Shown here: in pieces, positions 44,617 through 54,111 of the stretch | How the letters are laid out: each line of letters begins with the position of its first letter | How positions within the stretch are numbered: position 1 is the stretch's first letter | The notes under the pieces: model-generated | Database searches by the model: none | What the model was told of the DNA's origin: nothing | The model's input: only the letters and a program-made list of their open reading frames with translations | Made by a program: the position numbers and the translations under genes | Origin: Gemmatimonas sp. | GTDB taxonomy: Bacteria > Gemmatimonadota > Gemmatimonadetes > Gemmatimonadales > Gemmatimonadaceae | Assembly (NCBI RefSeq): GCF_044344655.1 | Contig: NZ_JBIJCN010000002.1 | Coordinates: 32,174-96,173, forward strand | DNA: 64,000 nucleotides | Reading direction: 5' to 3'

Positions 44617-45942
44617 TCACTTGATGAGCCAGATCCGCTGGTTCACCGGGTACAGCCACTCCACGCCCCGTTCCGTCACCATCGCATCGTCTTCCAGCGG
44701 AATGCGCACCTTCGCGCCGCCCCACTCCGGGTTGGGGGTCCACGCGAAGAGTTCGATGCTGAAGGGATTGAACGGCTTGATGTTGAACGTCATCTGGCGC
44801 GGGTTGAACCACGCGATGCTGGGGCCGCTGCCGTGTCCGCGATCACCCACGCTGTGGCAGCCGATGTTCACCTCGATGGCGCTGTCGGTCCCCACCTCGT
44901 TGAAGGCGCCCTGCATGCGGAAGCCGCCCTTGGTGATCTCCGCCTTGAGCTGCTCCACCATCGCACCGGCGGTCGGGCCGGGCTTGATGGTGCGGTGGAT
45001 GATCTCGCGCACCTTGAGGGCATTGTCGAACGCCGTCTGAATGCCCTTGGGCGCTGCCGTTTCGCCCGGCTTGAGCACATAGGCCATGCGCTTCACATCG
45101 GTCCACGTGTTGAGATAACCCACGCCCCAGTCGATGATTACCAGGTCACCGCGCTGGATGATGCGCCCGTTGCTGGTGGCTTCGATCCCCTTGGGGCCGG
45201 TGATGTACACACTCGGCATGTCGAAGCTCGAGCCCAGCGCGCGCTGCTGCAACTGATCCATCATCCACCACGCCACATCTTCGAGCGTGGTCACCCCTGG
45301 CGTGATGACTTCGTTGCTGAGCGCGCGCTCGGCGATACGCCGTGAGAGTTCGCCCGCTTCACCAAGCGCCACCACCTGCGAGATGGGGAAGCCGCTGCGG
45401 AAATCGCTCACCACCTTTTCGCTGCTCACCAGCTTCGCCGCCCATTCCGGGCCGATCTCCTTCACGAGCCGGTCGTAACTCGTCTTGGAGAGCCCGTCGG
45501 CCGCGCCCACCTCTTCGGACATGTTGATCGCGATGCGCTTGGGATTGCGCTCGGCGATGAACGCCTTGAGGTTGGCCAGCGCGAGGACGCGATCGTACAC
45601 CTTGCACCCTTCGAGCATACCGCCGCTGGCCCCGATGGCCACGCGTTCGATGCGGTCACCGCCACGGTCGGTGAAGATGTAGTAGCCCACGCTCCCCACG
45701 TAGCCGCGACCGAAGTCTTCGTACATGGGATCGAACTGGTTTTCCTTCTGCATCGTGATCCACATGTCCACGCCGTTGTCGCGCAGGGCAGCGGGGAGGA
45801 TCTTGTCGAACTTGTCGCGACGGATCTGACAGAGACGTTCCCAGCGGACCTTGGCAGGTTCGGCCGGAGCCTGGGCGCGGGCACGCACGGGCACGACCGC
45901 CGACGCCGCGAGGAGGGATGCCAACAGGAGAGAGTGGCGCAT
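44617..45942 (-). CDS. Secreted M24 family metallopeptidase (Xaa-Pro aminopeptidase-like)
   Basis: Signal peptide; IDWG..TDVKR, CHSVG..GHG, SIE, PLEDD metal ligands. Confidence 0.88.
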   Translation of the reverse strand: MRHSLLLASLLAASAVVPVRARAQAPAEPAKVRWERLCQIRRDKFDKILPAALRDNGVDMWITMQKENQFDPMYEDFGRGYVGSVGYYIFTDRGGDRIERVAIGASGGMLEGCKVYDRVLALANLKAFIAERNPKRIAINMSEEVGAADGLSKTSYDRLVKEIGPEWAAKLVSSEKVVSDFRSGFPISQVVALGEAGELSRRIAERALSNEVITPGVTTLEDVAWWMMDQLQQRALGSSFDMPSVYITGPKGIEATSNGRIIQRGDLVIIDWGVGYLNTWTDVKRMAYVLKPGETAAPKGIQTAFDNALKVREIIHRTIKPGPTAGAMVEQLKAEITKGGFRMQGAFNEVGTDSAIEVNIGCHSVGDRGHGSGPSIAWFNPRQMTFNIKPFNPFSIELFAWTPNPEWGGAKVRIPLEDDAMVTERGVEWLYPVNQRIWLIK

Positions 45943-46047
45943 ACCGAGGGGTTGAGGACCCCCGAAGATGCGGTGCGTGCCTTCACGGCGCGAGCGGTTG
46001 CGGCGCCCGGATTACCGCTGCCGGACCCTCAGCTGTTGCTTGGTGCC

Positions 46048-46767
46048 TTACGGGCGGTACTCCATCCGTTCGGTAGCCCGTTCGGCGTGCGGTACAGGAA
46101 TGGGTTGTGCCACCCCCGCACCGAGCTGGCGACCATTGGGGTCGCTCATGACCCGAGTGAGGAAGCGCTGCCCTTCGCCAATGCGCTCGATCTCGATCGC
46201 CATGCTCTCGACCGCCTGCCCCATCTGATCCAGCCGCTCAGTCACCTCCTTCGGCACCGGCGCAATGACCGCCGCGCCGCGCTTCCAGAGCCGCCGCGCA
46301 TACGCGATGGCAATGGGACAGAGGACGAAGATGGTGAAGACGATCGGAATCGCGATCACTTCCTCGGGCGGCCCGGTGCGCGGCGGCGGTGGCGGCTCGG
46401 GAACAACGGCGCCAGGCACGGCGGCAGCCTTCGACACCGCCAGGTCAGCCTGAGCGATCTGCTGCTCCAGCGACAGGATGCGCGCGTCGGTCTCCTTGAG
46501 ACGCGTAGCCAACCCTTCTCGGTCGGGTGCCGTGATGTCCTCCGCCTTGAGCGATCCGGCGATGTCGTTGCGCTGGTCCTGCACCCGCTCCAGCTGATCG
46601 CGCAGCTCGGAGCGCTGATTGCGCAACGCCTCGTAGATCGCCTGCGGACGGGCGCCGTCGGGGGTCGCGATGGTGATCGGGATCTGGTCCGGCCCCACAG
46701 CGGGCGGCGGTGACGGCGTGGGTTGCATGCGGCTCGGAAGCGACGGGTGATTCGACGGTGCGCGCAT
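46048..46767 (-). CDS. Hypothetical single-TM coiled-coil protein
   Basis: N-terminal heptads, Pro linker, TM IAIPIVFTIFVLCPIAIAYA, then RLDQMGQAVESMAIEIERIGEGQRFLT; start ambiguous (46776/46767/46728). Confidence 0.75.
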   Translation of the reverse strand: MRAPSNHPSLPSRMQPTPSPPPAVGPDQIPITIATPDGARPQAIYEALRNQRSELRDQLERVQDQRNDIAGSLKAEDITAPDREGLATRLKETDARILSLEQQIAQADLAVSKAAAVPGAVVPEPPPPPRTGPPEEVIAIPIVFTIFVLCPIAIAYARRLWKRGAAVIAPVPKEVTERLDQMGQAVESMAIEIERIGEGQRFLTRVMSDPNGRQLGAGVAQPIPVPHAERATERMEYRP

Positions 46768-46784
46768 CGTGCACACGTACCACG

Positions 46785-46809
46785 TACGCTCAGGATCCTA
46801 CGTGGTTTC
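46785..46809 (-). promoter_or_regulatory. Candidate ECF promoter GAAAC-N16-CGTA
   Basis: Read on the minus strand just upstream of the coiled-coil gene. Confidence 0.45.
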
Positions 46810-46858
46810 GGCAACGGTGCCCGTCACCTTTCGACACAATCGCGCCTGGCGACGCGGG

Positions 46859-47260
46859 TCAAGCCGCCAGCAGCCGGGCGTTCCGCCAGTGGGCGCGCAC
46901 GACCATGGTGGCCCCCGCGCTTACGGCCAGCACTTCACCCAGCGGGGAGGACGCCAGCGGGCGCACCAGCAGCAACAGCAGCATCCCCGCGAAAAACCAC
47001 GCCATCGGCGCGTAGGACCGATGGCGGAGGAGCGCATGGCCAAGGCTCAAGACCCCCAGCAGCACGGCGGCCGCCAGAAACGCCCCTTCCACCCACGCGG
47101 CGCCGACCCCGGCGGCCCCAACTGCCGACAATGCGCCCATGAACAGGGCGGTCACGGCGCAGTGAATCGCGCAGATCGTGCTCGTGGCCATCCCCAGCCG
47201 GTCGAGCCAGGGGGACGAGCCAACGGCGCTGCGCGCTTCCGGAATGGCGGGGCTGCACAT
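46859..47260 (-). CDS. MerC-domain membrane protein
   Basis: WLDRLGMATSTICAIHC, four TM helices, RAHWRN. Confidence 0.85.
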   Translation of the reverse strand: MCSPAIPEARSAVGSSPWLDRLGMATSTICAIHCAVTALFMGALSAVGAAGVGAAWVEGAFLAAAVLLGVLSLGHALLRHRSYAPMAWFFAGMLLLLLVRPLASSPLGEVLAVSAGATMVVRAHWRNARLLAA

Positions 47261-47265
47261 GTACT

Positions 47266-47287
47266 TTATGATATTGATTTATCATAA
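47266..47287. promoter_or_regulatory. AT-rich operator palindrome TTATGATA-N6-TATCATAA (candidate Fur/Zur-family box) over the merC-like promoter
   Basis: Perfect 8-bp arms. On the minus strand TTGAAG-N16-TATCAT-N7-ATG, so the box covers the spacer and -10. Confidence 0.75.
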
Positions 47288-47507
47288 CACTTCAAGTCCC
47301 TGACCAAAATGGCAGGGGACGCCTTGAACAGCGGGCCCCACGCTGCCAGCTTTTGAGGCTGGGTACCGGACTCACCGCCTTGGCGGCCCGATGCACCCAT
47401 TCGCCGCAGTCGGGCGACCCGCGCCGCGCCCCATGCGCCGTATCGGGTAATTCCATTCAAGAACGCGCACACCGCCGGCAATGGTGGCGCATGCTGGAGC
47501 TACGCAG

Positions 47508-47753
47508 ATGGCTAAGGAAGGCATTCATCCGCCGTACCACCCGGTGGTCTTCAAGGACGCGTCGACTGGCGCGCTGGTGCTCACGCGTTCCACGATGACG
47601 AGCGAGCAGAAGATCAAGCTGGACGACGGCAACGAGTACCCGCTGGTCCTGCTCGAAATCACGAGCGACTCGCACCCGTTCTACACGGGCACGCAGCGCC
47701 TCATCGACACGCAGGGTCGCGTCGACAAGTTCAAGAAGCGCTACGGCCGCTAA
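47508..47753 (+). CDS. rpmE2: 50S ribosomal protein L31 type B (Zn-free paralog)
   Basis: [15 protein letters not shown]...[26 protein letters not shown]; no Cys. Confidence 0.95.
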   Translation: MAKEGIHPPYHPVVFKDASTGALVLTRSTMTSEQKIKLDDGNEYPLVLLEITSDSHPFYTGTQRLIDTQGRVDKFKKRYGR

Positions 47754-47773
47754 GCGCCGGCGCTGTACGATCG

Positions 47774-47815
47774 AGGGGTCAGCATCGTCGATTACGATCG
47801 ACGACGCTGACCCCT
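47774..47815. terminator. Terminator-like hairpin between convergent rpmE2 and copD
   Basis: AGGGGTCAGC-ATCGTCGAT-TACG-ATCGACGA-CGCTGACCCCT. Confidence 0.7.
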
Positions 47816-47834
47816 TGATCCGTTTGCTCGCACC

Positions 47835-48671
47835 CTACTCCCCGGGCGGCTCCATGCCGGTGAACAGCGCCGTCACCAGCAGCACGCTCAGCGCCATGCC
47901 CAGCTCCACCTGCACGCTGCGCACCGCCGGCAGATCGCCCCGCGCGATCCGCGTGCGCTGACGGGCCCCGATCGCGAGGACGGTCACCACCAGCGCGGTC
48001 TTGAGCAGCAGCAACTGGCCGTAGTCGCTCGATACCGCCGCCCCCAGCGAGGCATGGCGCAGCACGCGCGCCGCGCCCAGCACACCCGTCGCGATCGACA
48101 GCGGCGCCATGACCGTGGCCACACGACTGAAGCGGCGCCAGGCCTCGTTGGCCGTGGCGAAGCCGCGAACGCGCGTTACGCTCCACGTCATCAGCAGCCC
48201 ACCGATCCACGCGCCGGTCGTCAGGATATGCGTCGCGTCGAGCACACGCGCGCCAAGGGGCCACTGCTCGTCGGCCGCGGCATGTCCGAGGCCGCTCATG
48301 GCGAAGGCTACCGCAAGCGTCCCGAAGACGAGCATCAGCGACGTGCTGCCGCCCACCGGCAACACCAGCGCGATCGACGCGAGCACGCAGGCGGTCATGA
48401 GTTGCGACCAGCCCTGCCCCCATCCTGTTTCGCCGAGCAGGGTAGGCAGGTCGGCGCGCGTCATGTCGAGGGCGCCGAGCTGCAGCTGCACCATGAGCAG
48501 CGGGGCCAGCACAAGCAGCAGCGCCGCGCCTCGCGCCAACCACTGCGGCACCGCCGCACTGTGCACCGACTGCTCACCGGCACGCCAGTCGCTTCCGGTG
48601 AGTGTCAGAAGCCCACGCCCGATCGCGATCAGCGCGCCCACGTACAACAGCAGACGCGCGACCGATGCCAT
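47835..48671 (-). CDS. copD: CopD-family copper resistance/uptake membrane protein
   Basis: GHAAA, DATHILTTGAWIGGL, RRFSRVA, YGQLLLLKT; start abuts the copC stop. Confidence 0.85.
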   Translation of the reverse strand: MASVARLLLYVGALIAIGRGLLTLTGSDWRAGEQSVHSAAVPQWLARGAALLLVLAPLLMVQLQLGALDMTRADLPTLLGETGWGQGWSQLMTACVLASIALVLPVGGSTSLMLVFGTLAVAFAMSGLGHAAADEQWPLGARVLDATHILTTGAWIGGLLMTWSVTRVRGFATANEAWRRFSRVATVMAPLSIATGVLGAARVLRHASLGAAVSSDYGQLLLLKTALVVTVLAIGARQRTRIARGDLPAVRSVQVELGMALSVLLVTALFTGMEPPGE

Positions 48672-49075
48672 TACTTGCCCTTGACCTCGAAGCCGAACGT
48701 GCCGTTCACCACGTGTCCGTCCTTCGACATCGTCTTCCACGTGACCAGGTAGCGGCCGGCGGCCAGCGGCTGCGTCACCTTCGCCTCGATGGGGGCATCG
48801 GCACCGGCAGCACGCGTGGGCTTGTCCACCGTCACCGCCGCACCGCTCGCGGTCGCCAGGGTGATGCGGGTGGCCGGAAGGTCGGCCTTCTCGGTCAGCC
48901 ACAGTCGGATCGCGTCGGGCGACGTAGTCAACACCGTGTCCTTCGCCGGGAATGACCGCTTGAGCTTGAGGTGCGGCAGGCGAACCACCGACAGCGCAGG
49001 CGACCGAGAGGGCGCGGTTGCAACGGTGACGGCGATGGCCACGGCGGCCATGATTGGGCGAACGAGGCGTGTCAT
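48671..49075 (-). CDS. copC: CopC periplasmic copper-binding protein
   Basis: Signal peptide; HLKLKRSFPA, SPDAIRLWLTE, WKTMSKDGHVVNG. Confidence 0.9.
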   Translation of the reverse strand: MTRLVRPIMAAVAIAVTVATAPSRSPALSVVRLPHLKLKRSFPAKDTVLTTSPDAIRLWLTEKADLPATRITLATASGAAVTVDKPTRAAGADAPIEAKVTQPLAAGRYLVTWKTMSKDGHVVNGTFGFEVKGK

Positions 49076-49185
49076 GAGCAGCTCACGTAAGCGAAACGTC
49101 GAAACGGGAGGGGCGAACGGTTCAGACTAGTAAACCAAAGCTAATGACGGCGGTCCCGGAGGTCAGCGTCGCCCGATAGCTGCGA

Positions 49186-50127
49186 TCAGCCGGTCAGCTG
49201 CGCGATCTGCTCACGCAGCTGCGACACCGGCATCTCCACCCCGATGAACAGCGCCGTGGGTAAGGCGTCGGCATGCGGCCACGACCGGTCGAGGCTCACC
49301 CCCTGCTTCCCCGGCACACGGTGCCACACGTACATGGGGCCGGGTTCGTCGGCAAAACGCACGAGCCCCTTGGCGCGCACCACCGCCTCCGGCAACGCCT
49401 CCACGAAGCGTTCGAACGCGGCCCGATCCACGACGGCCGGCAGCGGCAGCGACACGCTGCCGAACGGGTGCCGGTGTTCACGCTTTTCGCCGGTACGGGT
49501 GGCCCACACGACACCGGACCGGCCACCGCGGGCGCTATCCTCACGCACGGCCATCGCGAGGTCGTGCAGGTACGCCGCATAGTGCTCGACCGTCACGTGT
49601 GCCGCGCGCGCGTTCACGTCGCGCAGCGCCGACTCCACGGTGCGCAGGCGGGCCGCCTCGAGCTTGTGCGTCCAGTTGAGATGCAGCTGCGTGGCGGTAC
49701 TCACCTGCGCGCGTTCGAGCCCGTTGTGCCACCATCGCTTCTGCCACCGCGCGGCGTCGACCACCGTGAGCTGCAGCGGCAGCGTGAAGTGCGCGAGGCG
49801 TGGATCGGTGGTGAGGTGCCCCAGCAATTCGTCCGTTTCGGTGGCGCCGTTGGCTTCGATCAGCATCACGCTGCCGGGATCGGGCGGCACCTCGTAGAGC
49901 GTCTGCAGCAGTTCGCGCAGCGAGCCGCAACACACGCACTCGCCGTTGAGCGGAGTGACCAGGGCATCGAGCGCCCCCAGTCGCGCCGCGTCGATGCGCG
50001 CGTTCTGGAAGTCGTTGAGGATGATGCGCACGCGCGTGCCACGGGCAGTGAGCTGCGGAATGAGCTCCGTCAGCAGCCGCGTCTTGCCGCTGCCGAGGAA
50101 CCCCGCCATGAGCACGAGCGGGATCAT
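49186..50127 (-). CDS. COG0523/CobW-family GTPase (short, divergent)
   Basis: MIPLVLMAGFLGSGKT, NDFQN, GECVCC, EANG, VVDA, LNWTH at the G4 position, CobW_C RAKG; ATGA overlap with the upstream permease. Confidence 0.85.
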   Translation of the reverse strand: MIPLVLMAGFLGSGKTRLLTELIPQLTARGTRVRIILNDFQNARIDAARLGALDALVTPLNGECVCCGSLRELLQTLYEVPPDPGSVMLIEANGATETDELLGHLTTDPRLAHFTLPLQLTVVDAARWQKRWWHNGLERAQVSTATQLHLNWTHKLEAARLRTVESALRDVNARAAHVTVEHYAAYLHDLAMAVREDSARGGRSGVVWATRTGEKREHRHPFGSVSLPLPAVVDRAAFERFVEALPEAVVRAKGLVRFADEPGPMYVWHRVPGKQGVSLDRSWPHADALPTALFIGVEMPVSQLREQIAQLTG

Positions 50128-51965
50128 GACGTGGCCGACGACAGCTGCAGCTCCGACAGGAAGCCGCGCACACCGAGGCGCAGCACCGATGCGGCATACA
50201 GGAGCGTCACCACGATTACACTGACGACCTGCCACCAGCTCCCCTGCTCTTCCCGTGCCAGCGCGGGCTGCGTCGCCGGTAACCCGGGCCAGAGCAGATT
50301 CACGGTGAGCCCGAGGATCACGGCGGCAGCGATCATGGACACGCTGAACAGCCAGGCGAACCGCTTGCCATGCATGCGCGTGAGAATCCCGATCGTGGCC
50401 ACGTTGGTGGCGGGACCGGTGAGCAGCAGCGCCAATCCGGCTCCCGGCGAGACACCGGCCGCCACCAGCACCGCCACCAGCGGCGTGGAGGCCGACGCGC
50501 AGATGTAGAGCGGCAAGCCGACGGCGGCGAAGACCAGCACGTCGACGCCTGACGGCAGCGCCGTGATCCACGAGCCCTGCAGCACCGGCGACGCGATCGC
50601 CGCCACGATCAGCCCCACGAGAATCCACGGGGCCGTGTGATCCACCATCTCGCCGAGCCCCGACTGCGCCGCCTTTCGGAGACGCTCCGGTGTGGTGCGC
50701 GGTGGGGCTGGCGTATCGCCGAACAGCGGCAGTCCACGGCGCACCGGCTTGACGAGCCCGCCCATCACGAAGGCCACGGCCAGCGCGGCGAGGGCGGCCG
50801 CGGTCACGCGGACCGCGGCGAACTCGGTTCCCAGGAGCGGTATCGACAATAGGATCGCATCGATCCCCAGCTCCGGTGTGGCAATCAGAAACGCGACCGC
50901 GGCCGTCGTCGACGCGCCCTGCTGCACCAGCTGCTGATAGAGCGGCACCACGCCGCAGGAGCAGATGGGGAGCGGCAACCCCACCGCAACGCCGGCGAGC
51001 CCCTGCCGCAAGCGGGATCCACGACTCATCCACGCCAGTGAGCCGGTAGGCAGCCACGCGTACGCCACCCCCGCCGCCACGTAGGCCAACAGCACCGCCG
51101 GGGCGCTGTCGAGACACAACGACCAGAAGGTGTCCCAGGTGGTCTGCAACGGCAACGCGCCAGCAGCATGGCGCCGGCTCAGGTGCAGCACCGCCAGCAG
51201 GGCGGCGCCAAGCAGCGCGCCCGCCCCGTTGCTCCAGGGTTGCAACGATGCTGCCCCCGTGCTCGGCTGAGGGTGCGCATGGTCGTGATCGTGCGCGTGA
51301 TCGTGCGCGTGATCGTGCGCGTGCCCGGCGATGTGCGGATGCCCGGGTTCGTGCTCGTGCGCCGGGTCGTGGTCGTGCGCGGGATGCGCGATCACATGCA
51401 GCAACGAGCCCCCCACGAGCGCCTCGAACAGGGCGGCCGCGCGTGTGGGCAACGCCGCGAAGACCGTGGGTTCGCTCACGTAGCCCACCAGCGTCGTCAG
51501 GGCCATCAGTGCCAGGACGCCCCACGGCACCCGACGATCGCGATCGCTGAGCACCCACCACACCATCAGGCTCACGGGCAGCTGATGCAACACCACGCCC
51601 ACGCCAAGCAGACGGCCGTTCGTCACCGACGCCTGCGCCAGCGCACTGCCGTCGAGCAAGGCATGCGCTGCCACGCCCAGCATCGCCAGCACCATGACCA
51701 CGAAGTGTGTCTGGCGCACCCCGTAGTGCAGCAGCCGCTCGGCCATGGAGGGGAGCATGAAGCCGGCGACCATGAAGCCCAGCGCCAGCAGATCGGCGCG
51801 CTCGAGCGCGTGCGGCACCACGTCCAGCAGCACAAGCCCGCCGACGCTCACCAGCACGAACCCGTCGATGAACGTGAGCATCGCCGGGCGCGCGCGCGAC
51901 CAGCGGGCGATGAGCGGCCCCGATCCGAGCAGCAGCAGGCTCGCGACGAGCAGCAGATGGTTCAT
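50124..51965 (-). CDS. Metal permease: ZIP-like N-domain, His-rich linker, DUF318/ArsP (SO_0444-like) domain
   Basis: LHQLPVS, GSLLHVIAH; HDHDPAHEHEPGHPHIAGHAHDHAHDHAHDHDHAH; LPICSCGVVP, ATPELG, PLYICASASTP, GPATN. Confidence 0.85.
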   Translation of the reverse strand: MNHLLLVASLLLLGSGPLIARWSRARPAMLTFIDGFVLVSVGGLVLLDVVPHALERADLLALGFMVAGFMLPSMAERLLHYGVRQTHFVVMVLAMLGVAAHALLDGSALAQASVTNGRLLGVGVVLHQLPVSLMVWWVLSDRDRRVPWGVLALMALTTLVGYVSEPTVFAALPTRAAALFEALVGGSLLHVIAHPAHDHDPAHEHEPGHPHIAGHAHDHAHDHAHDHDHAHPQPSTGAASLQPWSNGAGALLGAALLAVLHLSRRHAAGALPLQTTWDTFWSLCLDSAPAVLLAYVAAGVAYAWLPTGSLAWMSRGSRLRQGLAGVAVGLPLPICSCGVVPLYQQLVQQGASTTAAVAFLIATPELGIDAILLSIPLLGTEFAAVRVTAAALAALAVAFVMGGLVKPVRRGLPLFGDTPAPPRTTPERLRKAAQSGLGEMVDHTAPWILVGLIVAAIASPVLQGSWITALPSGVDVLVFAAVGLPLYICASASTPLVAVLVAAGVSPGAGLALLLTGPATNVATIGILTRMHGKRFAWLFSVSMIAAAVILGLTVNLLWPGLPATQPALAREEQGSWWQVVSVIVVTLLYAASVLRLGVRGFLSELQLSSATS

Positions 51966-52068
51966 GGGACAGCGGGGAGCGGCATCATCGAAAGATCACG
52001 GAGCCGCTCCCGCAGTGCCACCCGTCCACGCCACAGCCTGCTGCCGCCGCGGCCGTACGGGACAGCCT

Positions 52069-53313
52069 TCAGGCGTCGCTCCCTTCCTCGAACTCCACTT
52101 CCGCCCACTCCGGAAACGGGTCGCCGAACGTCTGCCAGAGCGCCGGGCCGGCGTGCATCTCCTCGAGGGTCACGAGACAGGCGTCCAGCATGGAAGTCAG
52201 GGCCTCCTGCCGGAGCCCCTGCCCGATGATCGCGATCTCCTGACGGCGGTCGCCCACATCAGGGTGCCAGAGCGCCTCGATCGCCTCGCGCTGCTCGTCA
52301 TCGATGTCCCAGGTCTCCGGATCGGAGGCCGCGTACCAGTACCCACCGGGATTCACTTCCAATAGCTGCCCCGCCTGCGACCAGATGCCGACCATGTCCG
52401 GACGCGTGGCCACCCAGAAGAACCCCTTGGCGCGGAGCACCCCCGGAAGCCCCGCGTCGACTGCGCGCCAGAGTCGCTCCGGGTGAAACGGGCGGCGTGC
52501 GCGGTACACGAAGCTGCTCACACCGTACTCTTCCGTCTCCGGCACATGCTCGCCGTTGAGCTCCTTCTGCCACCCCGGTGCCGCCTCGGCCTTCTCGAAG
52601 TCGAAGCGACCCGTGTCGAGAATCCGCGAGGGCTCCACGACTCCGCGCACGGTCACGAGCTGCTCCGCATCGGGATTGAGGTGGTGAAGCAGCGCCTTGA
52701 GCTCACCAAGCGCCTCGGGGGTGAGCAGATCCGACTTGTTGATGATGATCACGTCGGCGAATTCCACCTGATCGATGAGCAGATCGGGGATGGTGCGTTC
52801 GTCGTCGTCGCCGAGCGCGAGCTGCCGTGCATTGAGATCGTCGAGCGAACCGAGGTCGGCGAGAAAGCGGTACGCGTCGACGACGGTGACCATCGTGTCG
52901 AGCCGAGCCACCTGCGCGAGCGATACCCCCTCGTCGGTTTCGAACGTGAAGGTGGCAGCGACCGGCAACGGTTCACCAATCCCGGTGCTTTCGATGAGCA
53001 GGTAGTCGAAGCGCCCTTCGGCGGCGAGGCGCGCGACCTCCTGCAGCAGGTCGTCGCGCAGCGTGCAGCAGATGCACCCGTTGGTCATTTCCACCAGCGT
53101 TTCCTGCGTGCGCGAGAGCGCCGCGTCGCCGCCGCGCACGAGCTGCGCGTCGATGTTCACCTCGCTCATGTCGTTCACGATCACGGCCACGCGCAGTCCA
53201 TCGCGATTGGCGAGCACGTGATTGAGCAGCGTGGTCTTGCCGGCGCCCAGGAACCCCGAGAGGACCGTGACCGGCAACCGGCGGTCGCTCGCCGGCACGG
53301 CGGGCGCGGTCAC
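52069..53313 (-). CDS. COG0523 zinc metallochaperone GTPase (ZigA/YciC-like)
   Basis: [61 protein letters not shown]. Confidence 0.95.
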   Translation of the reverse strand: MTAPAVPASDRRLPVTVLSGFLGAGKTTLLNHVLANRDGLRVAVIVNDMSEVNIDAQLVRGGDAALSRTQETLVEMTNGCICCTLRDDLLQEVARLAAEGRFDYLLIESTGIGEPLPVAATFTFETDEGVSLAQVARLDTMVTVVDAYRFLADLGSLDDLNARQLALGDDDERTIPDLLIDQVEFADVIIINKSDLLTPEALGELKALLHHLNPDAEQLVTVRGVVEPSRILDTGRFDFEKAEAAPGWQKELNGEHVPETEEYGVSSFVYRARRPFHPERLWRAVDAGLPGVLRAKGFFWVATRPDMVGIWSQAGQLLEVNPGGYWYAASDPETWDIDDEQREAIEALWHPDVGDRRQEIAIIGQGLRQEALTSMLDACLVTLEEMHAGPALWQTFGDPFPEWAEVEFEEGSDA

Positions 53314-53468
53314 TTGGACTCCCGGTAGAGCACGTGCTTCTTCACGAACGGATCGTACTTGCGCTGCTCCAGCCGCTGCGGTGTGGTGCGCGGGTTCTTG
53401 GTGGTGACATACAGGTGATGGCTCTCGGTGGAGCGCAGCTTCACGTTCACGCGGCCGCTCTTGGGCAT
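53310..53468 (-). CDS. rpmG: 50S ribosomal protein L33 (Zn-free paralog)
   Basis: [52 protein letters not shown]; no Cys; GTGA overlap with the GTPase. Confidence 0.95.
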   Translation of the reverse strand: MPKSGRVNVKLRSTESHHLYVTTKNPRTTPQRLEQRKYDPFVKKHVLYRESK

Positions 53469-53485
53469 GGGATCCCCGGTTGGCG

Positions 53486-53519
53486 TTGACTTATGGTAAT
53501 GCGAACGTACTATCAATAA
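53486..53519. promoter_or_regulatory. Divergent promoter with imperfect inverted repeat (TGGTAATGCG-AA-CGTACTATCA, 53494-53515)
   Basis: Plus strand TTGACT-N16-TACTAT-N6-ATG(53520); AT-rich patch; arms match 7/10. Confidence 0.65.
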
Positions 53520-54101
53520 ATGTCAACGCAACCCCTCCCCGCCGTCCGTCTGGCCACACTGCTCGATCAGCAGCTGTGGTTCATCGGGCATGACATCCGG
53601 CACGCCGATGGCAATGCGTTGGTGCGCTATGGCTTCGAGCGTATCCGGAGCGACGCGGGCGGGACGACCTGTTATCGCCTCGCCGGCGCGGCTGCGGGGC
53701 GGGATCTGGTATGCTGGGGCTTCGGAGTGTTCGTGGGGCCCGGCACTGCCGCTTCAGGCACTGGCCGCCATGGTGTGCTGATGCAGCGACATGCCGCATC
53801 CCCCCGGCTGCTGGCGGCCCCGTTGCCGCTCCCGCTCCACAAACCGAGCGAACTGCCTCGCATGCGATCGCCGGTCACCGAGAGGGAGCGGGATGAGGTG
53901 AATGCCGCCCGTTCGCTCGTCGCGTCGGTCCTCGGCGATTACGAGCAGTGGGCCCGCATTGCCCTCGGGCCGTCGCACCGCGCTCGCGTGCTCACGACGC
54001 TCCCGCGCCACAAGCGGCGGCGGTTCTGGGTCGCGACCGATCTGGCCCCTCTCTGGCAGCCGCTTCGGCAGGCACGCGCCGAACAGCCAACGTGCTCCTG
54101 A
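53520..54101 (+). CDS. Hypothetical protein, divergent from rpmG
   Basis: LDQQLWFIGHDIRHADGNALVRYGFERIR...VCWGFGVF; promoter directly at the ATG. Confidence 0.7.
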   Translation: MSTQPLPAVRLATLLDQQLWFIGHDIRHADGNALVRYGFERIRSDAGGTTCYRLAGAAAGRDLVCWGFGVFVGPGTAASGTGRHGVLMQRHAASPRLLAAPLPLPLHKPSELPRMRSPVTERERDEVNAARSLVASVLGDYEQWARIALGPSHRARVLTTLPRHKRRRFWVATDLAPLWQPLRQARAEQPTCS

Positions 54102-54111
54102 CGGTTTGGCC

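Noticed and set aside
46859-47260. MerC-domain gene as evidence of a mercury-resistance transposon
   Set aside because: No merR, merA, merT or merP and no mobile-element features; the zinc-regulon context fits better.
49186-51561. 791-aa ORF suggesting a large GTPase fusion
   Set aside because: The first 478 codons overlap the permease in another frame and are low-complexity; the real start is ATG 50127 with an ATGA overlap.
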